Below, piece by piece: positions 24,890 to 37,472 of a stretch of DNA of 64,000 nt (position 1 is the first letter of the stretch; each line of letters starts with the position of its first letter). This stretch comes from Harriotta raleighana (Eukaryota). The stretch covers positions 4,662,263-4,726,262 of the forward strand of contig JBNZDD010013697.1 of NCBI GenBank assembly GCA_050575255.1, written 5' to 3'. The notes beneath the pieces were generated by a model, which searched no databases, was not told the origin of the DNA, and saw nothing but the letters and a program-made list of their open reading frames with translations. A program made the translations under genes and the position numbers.

Positions 24890-26169
24890 ACAACAACAAC
24901 AACTTCAAGTTATATAGCGCCCTCCATGCCAGATGGCGTCTCAGAGCGCTTAAAGCTTCACCTACATCTTCAGCCTTTGAACAACCTCGATTCATCACTG
25001 GTGGCCCTGCCTTCAGCCACGTTCTAATCCCGAACGTCTGGAATTAGAAATCCATTTGCCTTTCCCAGCTCTACCGATCTTCAGATCCCAAGGCACTGAA
25101 CAGTCAGGTCGGGACCTGAGCAAGCGAGAGGGGCAGGGTAGAGGAGGGGCGGGAGAGAGTTAGGAGGGAAGAGAGAGAGAGTTGAGAAAGCAGCAGAAGG
25201 CACGATCGAAGAAGAGAATCTTGAGATCGGCCTTGAAAGAGGCAAGGGAGGGAGCAAGGTGAAGGGATTGTGGGATGGAGTTCCAGAGTCTGGGAACAGA
25301 AAGGCTGAGAGCCCGTCCGCGGATGGTAGGGTGGGTCGGGCAGGGGACATGGAACAGACTGGAGCCCACTGAATGGAGGGGACAGGGAGGTTCGTAGGGG
25401 GACAGCAGGTCAGAGAGATGGGGGAGGGACAAGGTTGTGAATGGCTTGAAAGTGAGGACAAAGATCATGAATTTGATTCCTTGGAGGAATGGGGAGCCAA
25501 TGGAGCCTGGCAAGGATGGGAGTGATGTGGTCGCAGTGCCTGGTGCAGGTGAGGACATTAGTTTTTTGAATAATCTGCAGCTTGTGAAGGGAAGAGCCAG
25601 GAAGGCCGACGAGGAGGGAGTTTCCATAGTTGAGCCTCGATGCGACAAATGCGTGGACTAGGGTTTCAGTAGCATGAGGGATGAGGCAATTGTGAAGTCT
25701 AGCGATGTTGCGAAGGTGGTGGTAGGCAGTAGTGGACATGGTGTGGATGTGGAGGAGCAAGGTCAGTTCAGGGTCGAACAAAATGCCCAGGTTCCTGACT
25801 GGCTTAGAAAGTAGAGAGGTAGAGGTAGAGAGTGCAATTTTGGATGCTGATGCTGTCAGCGCCTGAGGTGAGGAGGTCTGATGCAAGCCAATCAGGAGGG
25901 CCTCATTCTTGCAGACTGGAGAAAGTTGTCTCTCATCCAGACAGCAGGCGGTCAGGACGCCAGTCGTCCTGGAGTTGAAGGTGGGAGTGGAAAGGTAGTG
26001 TTGGGTGTCATCTGCATACATGTGGAAATTTCCCCCATGTCTGCAGATGACATCACCTAGTGGGAGCATGTAGAGGGTGAAGAGGAGGAGACCAAGGAGA
26101 GAGCCCTGAGGAACACTGCACAAGATGGTGAGAGAGATGGAGAAAAAACCGCTGGCAGACACAAAATGG
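24890..26169 (-). mobile_element. L2 LINE 3' portion with RT domain (redundant copy of 26893-28172)
   Basis: SVPQGSLLGLLLFTLYMLPLG..FHMYADDTQ, VRNLGILFDPEL and SRLNYGNSLL. Confidence 0.92.
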
Positions 26170-26170
26170 N

Positions 26171-26290
26171 AAATAATTTTTATCCCAAAAATAATTTTTA
26201 TCCCCCAAAATTTTTTGTCCGTTTAACCAGAAAACCGTTTAACCGCCACTGACCAAGTCCCGTGGGTGCCGGATAAACAAGGTTTTACTG
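26171..26290. mobile_element. Right end of the Tigger-like MITE that starts at 23601
   Basis: ...gccggATAAACAAGGTTTTACTG followed by TA. Confidence 0.8.
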
Positions 26291-26554
26291 TAGTATTATT
26301 GATCTCCATAGCTTCTCAACACAGTCCTTGCCAGGCTTCTTATCACAGAATTAATTGTTTTTTAAGTTCCTCCTACTCGTGAACAAACCACTTCAGGCCC
26401 TGGTACCTCTCTACCTTTCCAGCGAGCTTACTGCCTACTCCACTATGACTGACTTCACTCAGCTGATTCTGTCCTCCAGCGTGTCCACTTCACTCCACCA
26501 TCGGTGGTCATGCTTTCAGCTACAATGCCCCAATCTCTGGAATTTTCTGCATCA

Positions 26555-26739
26555 AGTTTGCAAATGACACTAAGTTAGGGAGAATAGTAAATAGTGAGGA
26601 GGATAGTAACCATCTGCAAGAAGACATAGACAAATTGGTAAAGTGGGCAGACACATGGCAGATGAAGTTTAATGCAGAGAAGTGTGAGGTGATGCATTTT
26701 GGGAGAAGAAATGAAGGGAGGCAATATAGACTAGATAGT
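26555..26739 (+). mobile_element. CR1 RT fragment, truncated by N at 26740
   Basis: Translates to KFANDTKLGRIVNSEEDSNHLQEDIDKLVKWADTWQMKFNAEKCEVMHFG. Confidence 0.9.
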
Positions 26740-26892
26740 NTCCTGATCATTGCCTAACTATTTCTAGCACTATGGAATCAAAGTGGACATTTATTTCTTA
26801 GAAAGAATAAATGTAATTTAAAGTCTACAGAGTAGTTATGGGAACATATTTATGTCCCTCCACGTGCAGTTAAAAATCTTTACTGTGTAATA

Positions 26893-28980
26893 ACAACAAC
26901 AACAACTTCAAGTTATATAGCGCCCTCCATGCCAGATGGCGTCTCAGAGCGCTTAAAGCTTCACCTACATCTTCAGCCTTTGAACAACCTCGATTCATCA
27001 CTGGTGGCCCTGCCTTCAGCCACGTTCTAATCCCGAACGTCTGGAATTAGAAATCCATTTGCCTTTCCCAGCTCTACCGATCTTCAGATCCCAAGGCACT
27101 GAACAGTCAGGTCGGGACCTGAGCAAGCGAGAGGGGCAGGGTAGAGGAGGGGCGGGAGAGAGTTAGGAGGGAAGAGAGAGAGAGTTGAGAAAGCAGCAGA
27201 AGGCACGATCGAAGAAGAGAATCTTGAGATCGGCCTTGAAAGAGGCAAGGGAGGGAGCAAGGTGAAGGGATTGTGGGATGGAGTTCCAGAGTCTGGGAAC
27301 AGAAAGGCTGAGAGCCCGTCCGCGGATGGTAGGGTGGGTCGGGCAGGGGACATGGAACAGACTGGAGCCCACTGAATGGAGGGGACAGGGAGGTTCGTAG
27401 GGGGACAGCAGGTCAGAGAGATGGGGGAGGGACAAGGTTGTGAATGGCTTGAAAGTGAGGACAAAGATCATGAATTTGATTCCTTGGAGGAATGGGGAGC
27501 CAATGGAGCCTGGCAAGGATGGGAGTGATGTGGTCGCAGTGCCTGGTGCAGGTGAGGACATTAGTTTTTTGAATAATCTGCAGCTTGTGAAGGGAAGAGC
27601 CAGGAAGGCCGACGAGGAGGGAGTTTCCATAGTTGAGCCTCGATGCGACAAATGCGTGGACTAGGGTTTCAGTAGCATGAGGGATGAGGCAATTGTGAAG
27701 TCTAGCGATGTTGCGAAGGTGGTGGTAGGCAGTAGTGGACATGGTGTGGATGTGGAGGAGCAAGGTCAGTTCAGGGTCGAACAAAATGCCCAGGTTCCTG
27801 ACTGGCTTAGAAAGTAGAGAGGTAGAGGTAGAGAGTGCAATTTTGGATGCTGATGCTGTCAGCGCCTGAGGTGAGGAGGTCTGATGCAAGCCAATCAGGA
27901 GGGCCTCATTCTTGCAGACTGGAGAAAGTTGTCTCTCATCCAGACAGCAGGCGGTCAGGACGCCAGTCGTCCTGGAGTTGAAGGTGGGAGTGGAAAGGTA
28001 GTGTTGGGTGTCATCTGCATACATGTGGAAATTTCCCCCATGTCTGCAGATGACATCACCTAGTGGGAGCATGTAGAGGGTGAAGAGGAGGAGACCAAGG
28101 AGAGAGCCCTGAGGAACACTGCACAAGATGGTGAGAGAGCTGGAGAAAAAACCGCTGGCAGACACAAAATGGAAGCGGTGTGAAAGATAGGACCAGAACC
28201 AGTTGAGGACAGAGCCTTGAAGGTTGAAGTGGGAGGAGAGGCGATGGTGAAGGAATCAGTAGTCCATGGTGTTGAAGGCGGCGGATAGGTAGAGGAGGAC
28301 AAGGAGGCAGAGGGAGCCCTGGTCACAGATGGTCAGGATATCATTTGTGACCTTGATCAGGGCAGTTTCCGTGCTGTTGGCAGCACGGAAACCTGATTGG
28401 AGAGGCTTGTGGAGGGAATGGGATGAAAGAAAGGAGTGAAGCTGGAAGGCAACAACTCTTTTAAGCACCTTTGACAGGAAGGGAAGGTTGGAGATGTGCT
28501 GGTAGCTTGAGAACTGTGACGCATCAAGGGAAGGTTTCTTAAGGATGGGGGAGGATGATGAGCCAAGGATGATAAGGCAATCGGAGCAGAGGCAGAGGGA
28601 TGGTGGAGATGGGAGGGTGGAGATGTCGGAGATGAAGATGTGGGAGAATTTGGGGGATCGGTAAATAAGGAGAATTTTAAGGGAGAAATGGGAGGGGTGG
28701 CAGAGAGTGAGGTGTTCAAACAAGGTGCGGAAGGAGGGGTGGGTAGGAGTCAGAGTGTGGGGGGTTGGAGAGGTGCAGAGGGGGTGAAAGTTGGAAGGGC
28801 AATGATAGCTGAGCGTATTCCCTCGATTTTCGACTCAAGGAAATCTAGCATCTCATCACAGTGGGAGTTGGAGGATCTGCAAGGCGAGCGGGGAGGATGG
28901 AGGAGCTGGTATATTGTAGAGAACAGGAGTTTGAGGTTGTCCTCCACCTCCAGGATTATCCTGGAGTAGAAGTATGATTT
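26893..28980 (-). mobile_element. L2 LINE, ~2 kb, decayed and rearranged ORF2 (EN fragment, linker, RT, C-terminus, 3'UTR)
   Basis: Contains IYRSPK (EN), ISNLPFLSKVLKRVV, QSGFR..STETALIKVTNDIL and YADDTQ, with frameshifts. Confidence 0.93.
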
Positions 28981-31324
28981 GTTGGAGGCCAGAGCAGAAC
29001 AGTAGGTTTCGATTTAGTCCAACCAGAAAAAGTGGTGGACCATCAGACCAGATTTGAGCCAGGTGCGTTTCCCACATATATTACCTTTGATTTTTTTTTA
29101 TTCCACTGTTATAATCCGCTCAAAAAATAATTCTTCAAGAATCGTGTCTTGCTGATTGAATAAAATCCCAAATTATGGTTGTATCAACATATTTATGCTC
29201 ATTTTTTATTTCATATTGGTGAAACTCTTTGGTTAATTTTTAAAAAAATATATAGGATACAGAAAACGAACACCACCACGGAATAGAGAATTGTGATTAG
29301 AGCACATGGATCTAGTACCGCTTGATGAAGACCAAATGATTTTTTTTGTGCGTTGTAATTTCTATTACTGTATTTAAAAATTTAATGATTTACCATATTA
29401 CGTGACAATAATTCATTTGCAATCTCCATTATTTTAAACCCAGACGTTAGTTCCATTTTAACCTTATGTTCTTTGAAATATATTTCAGATTGCATCTGTG
29501 ATGATATAATAGGCCAACTATAGACTTCAATATTTCCTCAGCACCTCTGTACTTCTGTAGCGATGATATTACAGTGAATTTTCATCTGAACTAAGCAGGA
29601 AGTGCAGAGTTTGATCAGGAGTAGTGTCAAGGCTGTATTACTCTAAGGATTCTTACTTCCCCTTCCCCTGCACAATGTCTCCATACACTGAGCATGACAC
29701 AAGCTTCCAGTAATCCACCATGAAAATAACATCTGCTGGGAGCTGGTATTTGATAGTTTTAAAATGTTTTAAGAATCATCAGCAGATGCTTATCTGGTGT
29801 GACATGAGATGAGAAAGCCTGTTATTGTGTAAGAAGACATTTTTCTATAAATCTAACCAATAATTAAGTTTGATTAGATTTGGTTATGTAATCTGTGCAA
29901 AGCCCTCATCTCCAAAATAACTAGTGGGCAGAATTGTCAAAGCAAGAACTCAGCAGGAGGTGTATGTTCTCTGTGGCATCTCATTTGCTTAACAGAACTG
30001 GATAGAACAAATACCATTTTGTTTCACAGCATCAGCACACAACATTTGTGTCACTGAATGGGTGACTTCTGTGCTGCGAACATTTATACTTATTAAACGG
30101 AAAATTCTTCTCAGTGGTTGCGATATTGGTGTGCAAAATACAATGTTTTACAACAGATTTGAAGCAACAAGAATCACGTTGAATCTGTTAAGAAGCTTCA
30201 CATTAATACTGAGCATGTGATACATGTTGAGGTTCAGACACGTACCCTATTGTAAGTGTGATTACGAAAGATTCAATAAGCATGTAACTCCCAACATCGA
30301 GGGGAAAACTATGAAATTAGATTTTTAAAAATATATATAAAGTATATAACTAAATTGTATTCCAACAAATTGCATTTATGTAGCCCCATGTATGTGTCGC
30401 TGAATGTAGGATAAGTATAAGATATTGTATGATATATAGAACACATAATGTATATCACATCACAAATCACATCAAAATGTGCCTCGTTTACAAGGATCTT
30501 CACTCTTGAGCTTTCTGAAGCATCCCAAACCTCTCAGTAAAATTGAAAATAATGGAATGCCTTACATTTTTGTGGGTAGGAGAGGGTTAAATGAAATATT
30601 GAACCAAGGTATAACAGACACACACATTCATAAAGATAGACTCATGCATTTAGTTTTGCATACGTATAATGGGAGCCTTGACACTACTTATTTCATCAAT
30701 TTTCTAAACTACATGTGCAGGTGCACTAATGGTGCAATCGGATTATTTTATTATTCAACAGATCATATTCAATTGATGCTTTAGGCCTTGTGGGAATTTA
30801 CTTTCTCCATAGCAACAAATGAATGGGCATGGAATTAAATTCCCAGAATGCTTTTACTATTTACATTTTTCCCACTTCACAAACTCGTCCCTCCCCACAG
30901 ACTTTCATCTCCAGGCTCCGGCAACTGGTCGTGTCAGTTCGCTGGCCAAGAATTTGGCTGTGACTTTCAGCCCGTATTCAGAAGGCAGGAGGGAGTGGGC
31001 TTGCTTGAGTCCACATCAGGATATATGACAGAACCTTATTGAGCCTGCGTCTCAGGTCATCTGTTATTAAACTTTTTGAACATCCAGTAATAAGTGTTTT
31101 GCCAATCATTTCGCATTCCCCATCACTGGGTACATCTAAACTAAAATTATGAAATTCATCTTTTCAAAGCATTTCAATCTTTTAAACTTTCAGATGTTTA
31201 AAATATTTCTGAATGCAAAACCAGCACTTGTGGCAGCTTCAAACTTGAAGGGCATTATATCAAATGTAAGGATTATTATTTTGTTTATTATGGGTCCTTT
31301 CTTCCCTCCTAAACAACACATTTA

Positions 31325-31635
31325 ATATTAATCCTTGCATTTGACATAGCACTTTTCACGTCTTCTAAACTTTTCAAAGCACTTCACAGAATATACTGTA
31401 AAGTAAGTTGATTGTATATTTTTGGGTGAAACCCCCACACCCAATTGTGCACAGTTGTGTCGCACAAACAGTCGTGGATTGAAATGACCAATTTATTATT
31501 GTATTTTTTTCTTGAAGCAATATTAGCAAGCATATAGAGTAGGGAAACTTGCCCACAGTTCTGCCCTGCCCGGAATCGAACCCAGGTTTCTTGCCTGTGA
31601 GATGAGTGCTCTAATCACTGAGCTACAGAACTCCA
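31325..31635 (-). mobile_element. tRNA-SINE, full length
   Basis: rc head ggagttctgtagctcagtgattagagcact...gggttcgattcc plus common tail. Confidence 0.9.
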
Positions 31636-31774
31636 TGACGCATGATCTCACGAGCATTGAATTTGTGACTAAGTTATGTAACAGACTACCTAGTAACTCA
31701 GCCCAGCTGATTAATTGGCTGATGTAAAGCTCCAGTAAACTGCACTGATGTTGTTTCAGCATAAGTCAGCATAA

Positions 31775-31940
31775 ATCAATCCACAACTGTTTGTGGGACA
31801 CTGCTGTGCACAATTGGCTGCCGCGTTTCACCCACAAATGTTCAGTCAATTCACTTTACAGTATATTCCGTGAAGCACTTTGAGACATCTAGAAAACGTG
31901 AAAAGTGCTATATCAAATGCAAGCATTATTCTTATTCTTA
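31775..31940 (+). mobile_element. tRNA-SINE 3' part
   Basis: actgtttgtgggacactgctgtg...aaatgcaagcattatt. Confidence 0.88.
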
Positions 31941-32129
31941 TCTGGTATTTATTAAAATCTACCCAGTAAACCTTCTACACTCCAATCAAACTGCACACTG
32001 TCCATGTGAGAGGATCGGTCGATAAATAGATCTAACTTTTTGTGGGTCAGAATAACATTCTCATTTGTACCAGCTGGTTTGTGCGTCTTTATCTCTGTAA
32101 ACTAGATTATTTTACAATGAAAGAGGTGG

Positions 32130-32240
32130 AATGTTGTTGCGCAAACTCTCTAATTATTAGACAGCCATTGTTCTTGTCTCCCTGCTGAGTCATTATCCCA
32201 TTAAATTAAATCAGACCTTAATGAATTACAGCACCTTTTA
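32130..32240. promoter_or_regulatory. Enhancer-like motif cluster (TAAT homeodomain cores, SOX CATTGTT, NF-E2/Nrf2-Maf TGCTGAGTCAT at 32183-32193)
   Basis: Motif matches in non-repeat sequence only. Confidence 0.3.
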
Positions 32241-33859
32241 TCATCTTTCTGCGATGTTGTATGGTTTGACGTACTCAATGGCAAGCTATGTAGCTTTGCT
32301 GCTTAAACTTTAGCAGTATCTCACAAATCGAGGGATCCACAAGCCTTGACTCTCAGCATCCTGTGCCTAATACTTGCTGGAATTAATTTAGACAGCCCCC
32401 ATCCCTCCAGGAAGAGAGTACCCATTCCATTGCAAACACAGGAAAGTTTTCATGTGTAAGTGGCATATATTTGTGGAACTCTCAGTCTAGTCTGGATGCT
32501 CTTAAGCATTGCAAATAAGTTTTCAAAATGTGTCAGACTCCCAGCTGACCAAACAAAATTCAGTAACTTAAATCAGCCGTTGAAGAATTGCATCACTTTT
32601 TATCATCTTTCTGAGATGATGTAATGTGTGTAAAATCTATTTGCAGCAGAGTGTTCCATAATGAAAATACCCACTTTCAACAGGACAGCTTTTAATGAAC
32701 CAGTCACATAAAACTATTAATTAGCAATTTGTCAGTTCAAACTAACAACCAGGTTCCTGTTTCGAGACATTATGCTGCATGAAGGGTGCTGTCAAAACGC
32801 AAGTTATTGCTGAGTTCATATAATAGTATTTTTAGACTAGTTTAAAAATATAATCGGATTTGATAAAGAAACAATTCTCACTATGACTTATTTGATTGAG
32901 TGTCTTCCTTCCATTTATCTAAACTGAGGCTTTATTGACCAGCAGTTGTATGCTCACCAGCTGACTGAAAAAGGGCTGGTGATCTAGAAAACACAGATCA
33001 TAAACCCAACACCTGACACTGCAGCTGCTTTTCTGAGCCACATTTTAATAAGATGAACCATTTCATATAATATTCTGGATAAAGAAATGCAGAAATCCCC
33101 CACAGATTGACTTTCCAAGTTCATTTCCGTTACCTTGGAGAGAAAAGGAAAAGCAGAGCTTGAGATACCTTTGCTCGCTGACAGATTGCTATCATGGACA
33201 TTTCTTTATTGCTGTTTTGTGGCAGAGTTTTATTTGAAATGGCCAAAAGTTTGAGAGTTGGAATAAATCCCAGACATTTGCAAGATTAGTTACAAACTAA
33301 CACATATGCCTTCAATAAAAATCCTTCCATTTCACATCTCAAAGCACTTCACAGGATTTACTGCAAAGAGTAGCGGCTGTGTGTCTTGTAGGTGAGCAAT
33401 GATATCGATTCTGGTGATTCCAGAATCTTTTTCATTGGTTAATTACATAAATAAAGGAACTTTCAGTTCCCTCTTTAGAAATGCATAAGGTTAGCACAAC
33501 CCATAGATTGTACCCTGGAGTCAAGTTAAATTTAAGAGCAAATTGTAATGGTATTTATCCAGATTAATAATCTTTGCATATAATATAGTGCCTCTCATGT
33601 TCAGGTGTAAACTCAAAGTGTTTGATTTTACTGTGAGGTAACTGTGAATTGTATTTTGTAGATGAAAGGAAGCCTATATTTAATTTGGGGATGGGGAATC
33701 TTAAAGTTGGAAAGGCAATGGAAAGCTCACAACTACTGGGGTTTCTCCCTGTAGAGCAGCCAGTCTCTCTGCAAGCAAATAATTCTAAGCAATCGAAGGG
33801 TTATCCAACAGCTTGGGACATCCTCTTGACATAGAAGTGCTATACAAATGTAATTGTTG

Positions 33860-34225
33860 TTGCATGCCAACCTCCTTACCAACCTGCCCACTCGCTCTGT
33901 TCAGCGGGCTCCAGTCTGCTCCATGTATCCCACCCGACCCGCCCGACCATCGGTGGCCGGCCTTTTAGATTCTCTGCCCCACACTCTGGAACTCCATCTC
34001 ACAGTCCCTTTGCCTTGCTCTTTGTCCTCCTTCAAGACTCGACTCAAGACCCTGCTTTCCGACCATGCCTTCAGCCACCTCCCCCAGCTCTCTGCCCTTT
34101 CTTATCCCAACCCAGCCACCCCCTCACCCTCCCAACCATGCTCGGGTCCTCAACCATGACTCTTCAGCACCTTGGCACGTCCTCCCGATGTAAAACATGC
34201 GCTACAAATGTAACTTTGCTGTTGA
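33860..34225 (+). mobile_element. L2 3' end
   Basis: ctctggaactccatctcacagtccctttgcc...ttcaagactcgactcaagacc...gctacaaatgtaactttgctgttg. Confidence 0.85.
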
Positions 34226-34464
34226 TCTGAACAATGCAGGGAGGTCATAACAAAATTGGACAGTGAACCACCAAATGTAAAACTGTTCAGTGTTGAGAAG
34301 ATCTGGTCAATACCACTACAGAAAATGTTTTATCGTTATGTTATTCACTTACCTCTTCTATGTACAAGTATAAATCCCTCTTTGAAGACAAATATTCAAC
34401 AACATAACTTGGCTTAACAACATCCAAAGGAGTCCAGAGCACCTACAGTCATACACTATGTGTA

Positions 34465-34655
34465 TGCCTCGCTTCCTCCCTTGTCTCCTTCAAGGCCGAT
34501 CTCAAAACCCTCCTTTTCGATGGTGCTTCTGCCGCCCTCCCACCTCTCTCCTGCCCCTCCCCCGTGCTCGGGTCCCGACCCCTGACTGTTCGGTGCCTTG
34601 GGATGTCCTCCCGTCGTGGAAAGGCGCTTTATAAATGTAATTTTGTTGTTGTTGT
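34465..34655 (+). mobile_element. L2 3' end
   Basis: ttcaaggccgatctcaaaaccc...ggcgctttataaatgtaattttgttgttgttg. Confidence 0.88.
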
Positions 34656-37269
34656 ATGATTCTTCATAACGCCCATTGGAAAGGTCAAACACCTCCTCCC
34701 ACCAACCAATCTAGTGATATGGCAGGTGGCATCTCGCCCTGACCTGGAGGACCTGGCAAACCATCCCACTCAGCAGTCACTTAGAAATACCATATGAACA
34801 GCTGTCCGAGGTTAATGGTATGGCATATACAGGGTCACTAGACATAACCAGAATGCATCCAGTTCCCAAGCTAATCTGCTGAGAATGTTTTAGACACAAG
34901 AAACCATGTGGCAATGTGTCTCATCAGGCTCCTGCTCTCAGTCCACCGTCTTACTTGCTTGCACTCCTCAACCATCATGGACAGGTAATAGTGCTGGCAG
35001 AGATGACCACTGCACCTCTCACACAAGTCTCCCCAACAGGGAGTTTAAGACTGTTACAAAGTAATGTATGCTTTGGTATGTAGGAAGAGGAAGCACACTG
35101 ATAATATTCATGCTGTGAATATTTTTTATATTAAATGCAAGGTTTATTATTTTTATTTGTGGAAAAATATGTATTATTTAATATATTTTTAAAGAAATGA
35201 TTACCCCACCAATTAACTAATAACCAGCTTCCTACTTACTGTTGGGAAAACCCAAGGGAGTGCTCTAACCATTGAGATCCCTTCCTTTACAAAATATTTC
35301 CTTTATAGGGTAGAAAACAGAAATTTGAGCCTAATGTGCCTTAACCCCATACTCACAGTTGCATGCTGTGACCTCTCTTGAGTCACATTATTAATTCAAT
35401 AACAGATTACCCTTATGAGCCCATGCTCATTGATAATAATAATCCTTGCATTTGATATTGCGCCTCATCACATCATAGAGACATCTCAAAGTGATTCACG
35501 GAATATATTGTAAAGTTAGGGTCCACATTCCCTAAACTCACTTCACTTTCAGCTCTTCAGTTTGGCTTGGTGCCAAACCCAGGTCCCTGAGCTGAATAGT
35601 CATTGCCAAAACCCATTGTGCCACCCAGTCCCATTCTTTATACATTGTTAAATCCAGCCCAACTAAAGGGATGCTCTGTTTAAGGAAATCCATCTGCTTT
35701 GCTTGTCTTAGAGCCTGTGAGAAGAAATAAATAATGCAAATATCATGTTTGGTGATTATTTATTCAGGTTGTTTCAGCATTCTGTGGGATTTCACAATGC
35801 GTTTGCAGTTCAATTAAAACAAAGCGCATCTAGCATGCTTTATTGTCTTTCTAGCGCAGGTGTTGGCAAAAAAAAGGAAAACCGTTGTAATTGCTGTTAT
35901 TCAATGATGTTTACAGTTCCTTGTCTTGTGTTGCACTTATGCAGCTATTCTTTTGCTTGTTAATTGTGAAAGATCAGGCATGTTGTTCTTTGCAATTGTC
36001 ATGACATTTCTCCCCACTCCCCCACTAGCTGACAGACAGACAGTCAAAAAACTGTGTTGCTTTGGAGTCGCGTTCATGATGCACCACACTCTCTGAAGTG
36101 GGTCCCTAACAGAGTTAGGGGCTTTATCTTGGTTTTTGCTATCTTTCGCTGTTGCTGTGTGCTGACTTGTCAAGTAGAAACTGCTTTCTGATGCCTGCCA
36201 AAGATTGCATTTGATGTGTGCAGAGTGGGTGAACTTGCACCTGTTATATTTTGTATCCTAACAGTAATTGTCATTAAAAAAAAATTGCAAATAATTTTCT
36301 GCATCTAGCATAACATTCAACAAAGCATTTAAAATGAGAGAATTACATTATAAAAACTTTCTGATATGCAAGGCTTTCATTGATATTAAACGCAATCCTG
36401 TTCCACTTTTAGATGGGAATAGCGTGACTGGGGGAGGGCAGACAGCTGACAAGGGCCTTAGCTCAAATCAGATTATTATGTGCCATTATCCAGTGCTAAG
36501 ATCATTTTATTATCAGTATTGAGCCTGACTCAAATCATATTATTATCTTCTGACGCACAGCACAGTGCAAAATAGCAAACACACAAATGAGGAAGATTAG
36601 AGCTTAGAGCAGTGCCAGTGTGCTCTGCTCCACAGTGCTCAATAGCTGTGAAGAGGGACTGCCTTGACAAAGTAAGAATTCACCTGGGGAGATTTTCGGG
36701 GACTCTGATTTCTAAGAAATGATCATCATTTCTTCAGCAGTTGCTGATCATTTTCAGCTCCCCCGCCCAATTTCTTTTCTGTTCCACCAAAGGCAATAGA
36801 AGATATTGCATCAGCACTGTCTCATATCAGATGCTTTGTTTGTTCCTATTCTTTTGCACTTTCTGAAAGTTTCTCTGTGAATTTCTCTGTGTTTCACAGG
36901 GAGAAGCCAGCGTTTCCTCTCTGTTTGGTGAACCAGTAAATGGGAAAATGAGGTTGATCAGACAAGAAGATAACAGAATGCATGTTGGATTCTTGACATG
37001 AAGAAATAATTTCACAATCTAAATTTAGCAACTATCAGGTGAATAAACAAATCTAGGGCTGCTGATTGGATGTTTCATCAGAAGGGTATCAAGGATCAGT
37101 TCAGTGGCCTGTCGCTGTGAACCCTATTTCCTGGAGTGACACTTGGATAGTCTAGTGAGTAACAAGTATCTCACTTGTTGTGAATGGAAATAGCTGAGTA
37201 TCACCGTTTTTGTGATAGTTGCAGATTCTGATTCATCCACTACCAATCTGAACAGGGAAGGGAGTTTCT

Positions 37270-37472
37270 GCTGCCCCGACCAACAATGCCCCCAATAATT
37301 GGTCATTCAATTTCTGGTTGTTTGTGAGATATTGCTGTATATACATTAGTTGCCTTGTTCACCTACAAATACACACAGTGACTCCACTTTACAAAGTATC
37401 CTGGGATGTGCTTTGGGACATCCTCCTGACGTGAAAGGCGCTATACAGTGTAATTTTGTTGTTATTGTTATT
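37270..37472 (+). mobile_element. Deu-SINE-like 3' part with L2-type tail
   Basis: ggttgtttgtgagatattgctgt...ctttgggacatcctcctgacgtgaaaggcgctata. Confidence 0.7.

Noticed and set aside
24738-28172. Recent tandem duplication of an RT gene
   Set aside because: Both copies abut single-N joins and are essentially identical, indicating an unmerged contig overlap.
29498-29589. C/D-box snoRNA (GTGATGA ... GCGATGA ... CTGA, 92 nt)
   Set aside because: No terminal stem outside the boxes, no clear D' box, and no rRNA/snRNA complement I could recognise. A snoscan run would settle it.
33375-33397. gtgtcttgtag|gtgagc recursive-splice-like motif
   Set aside because: Lies within a decayed SINE body and is explained by repeat sequence.
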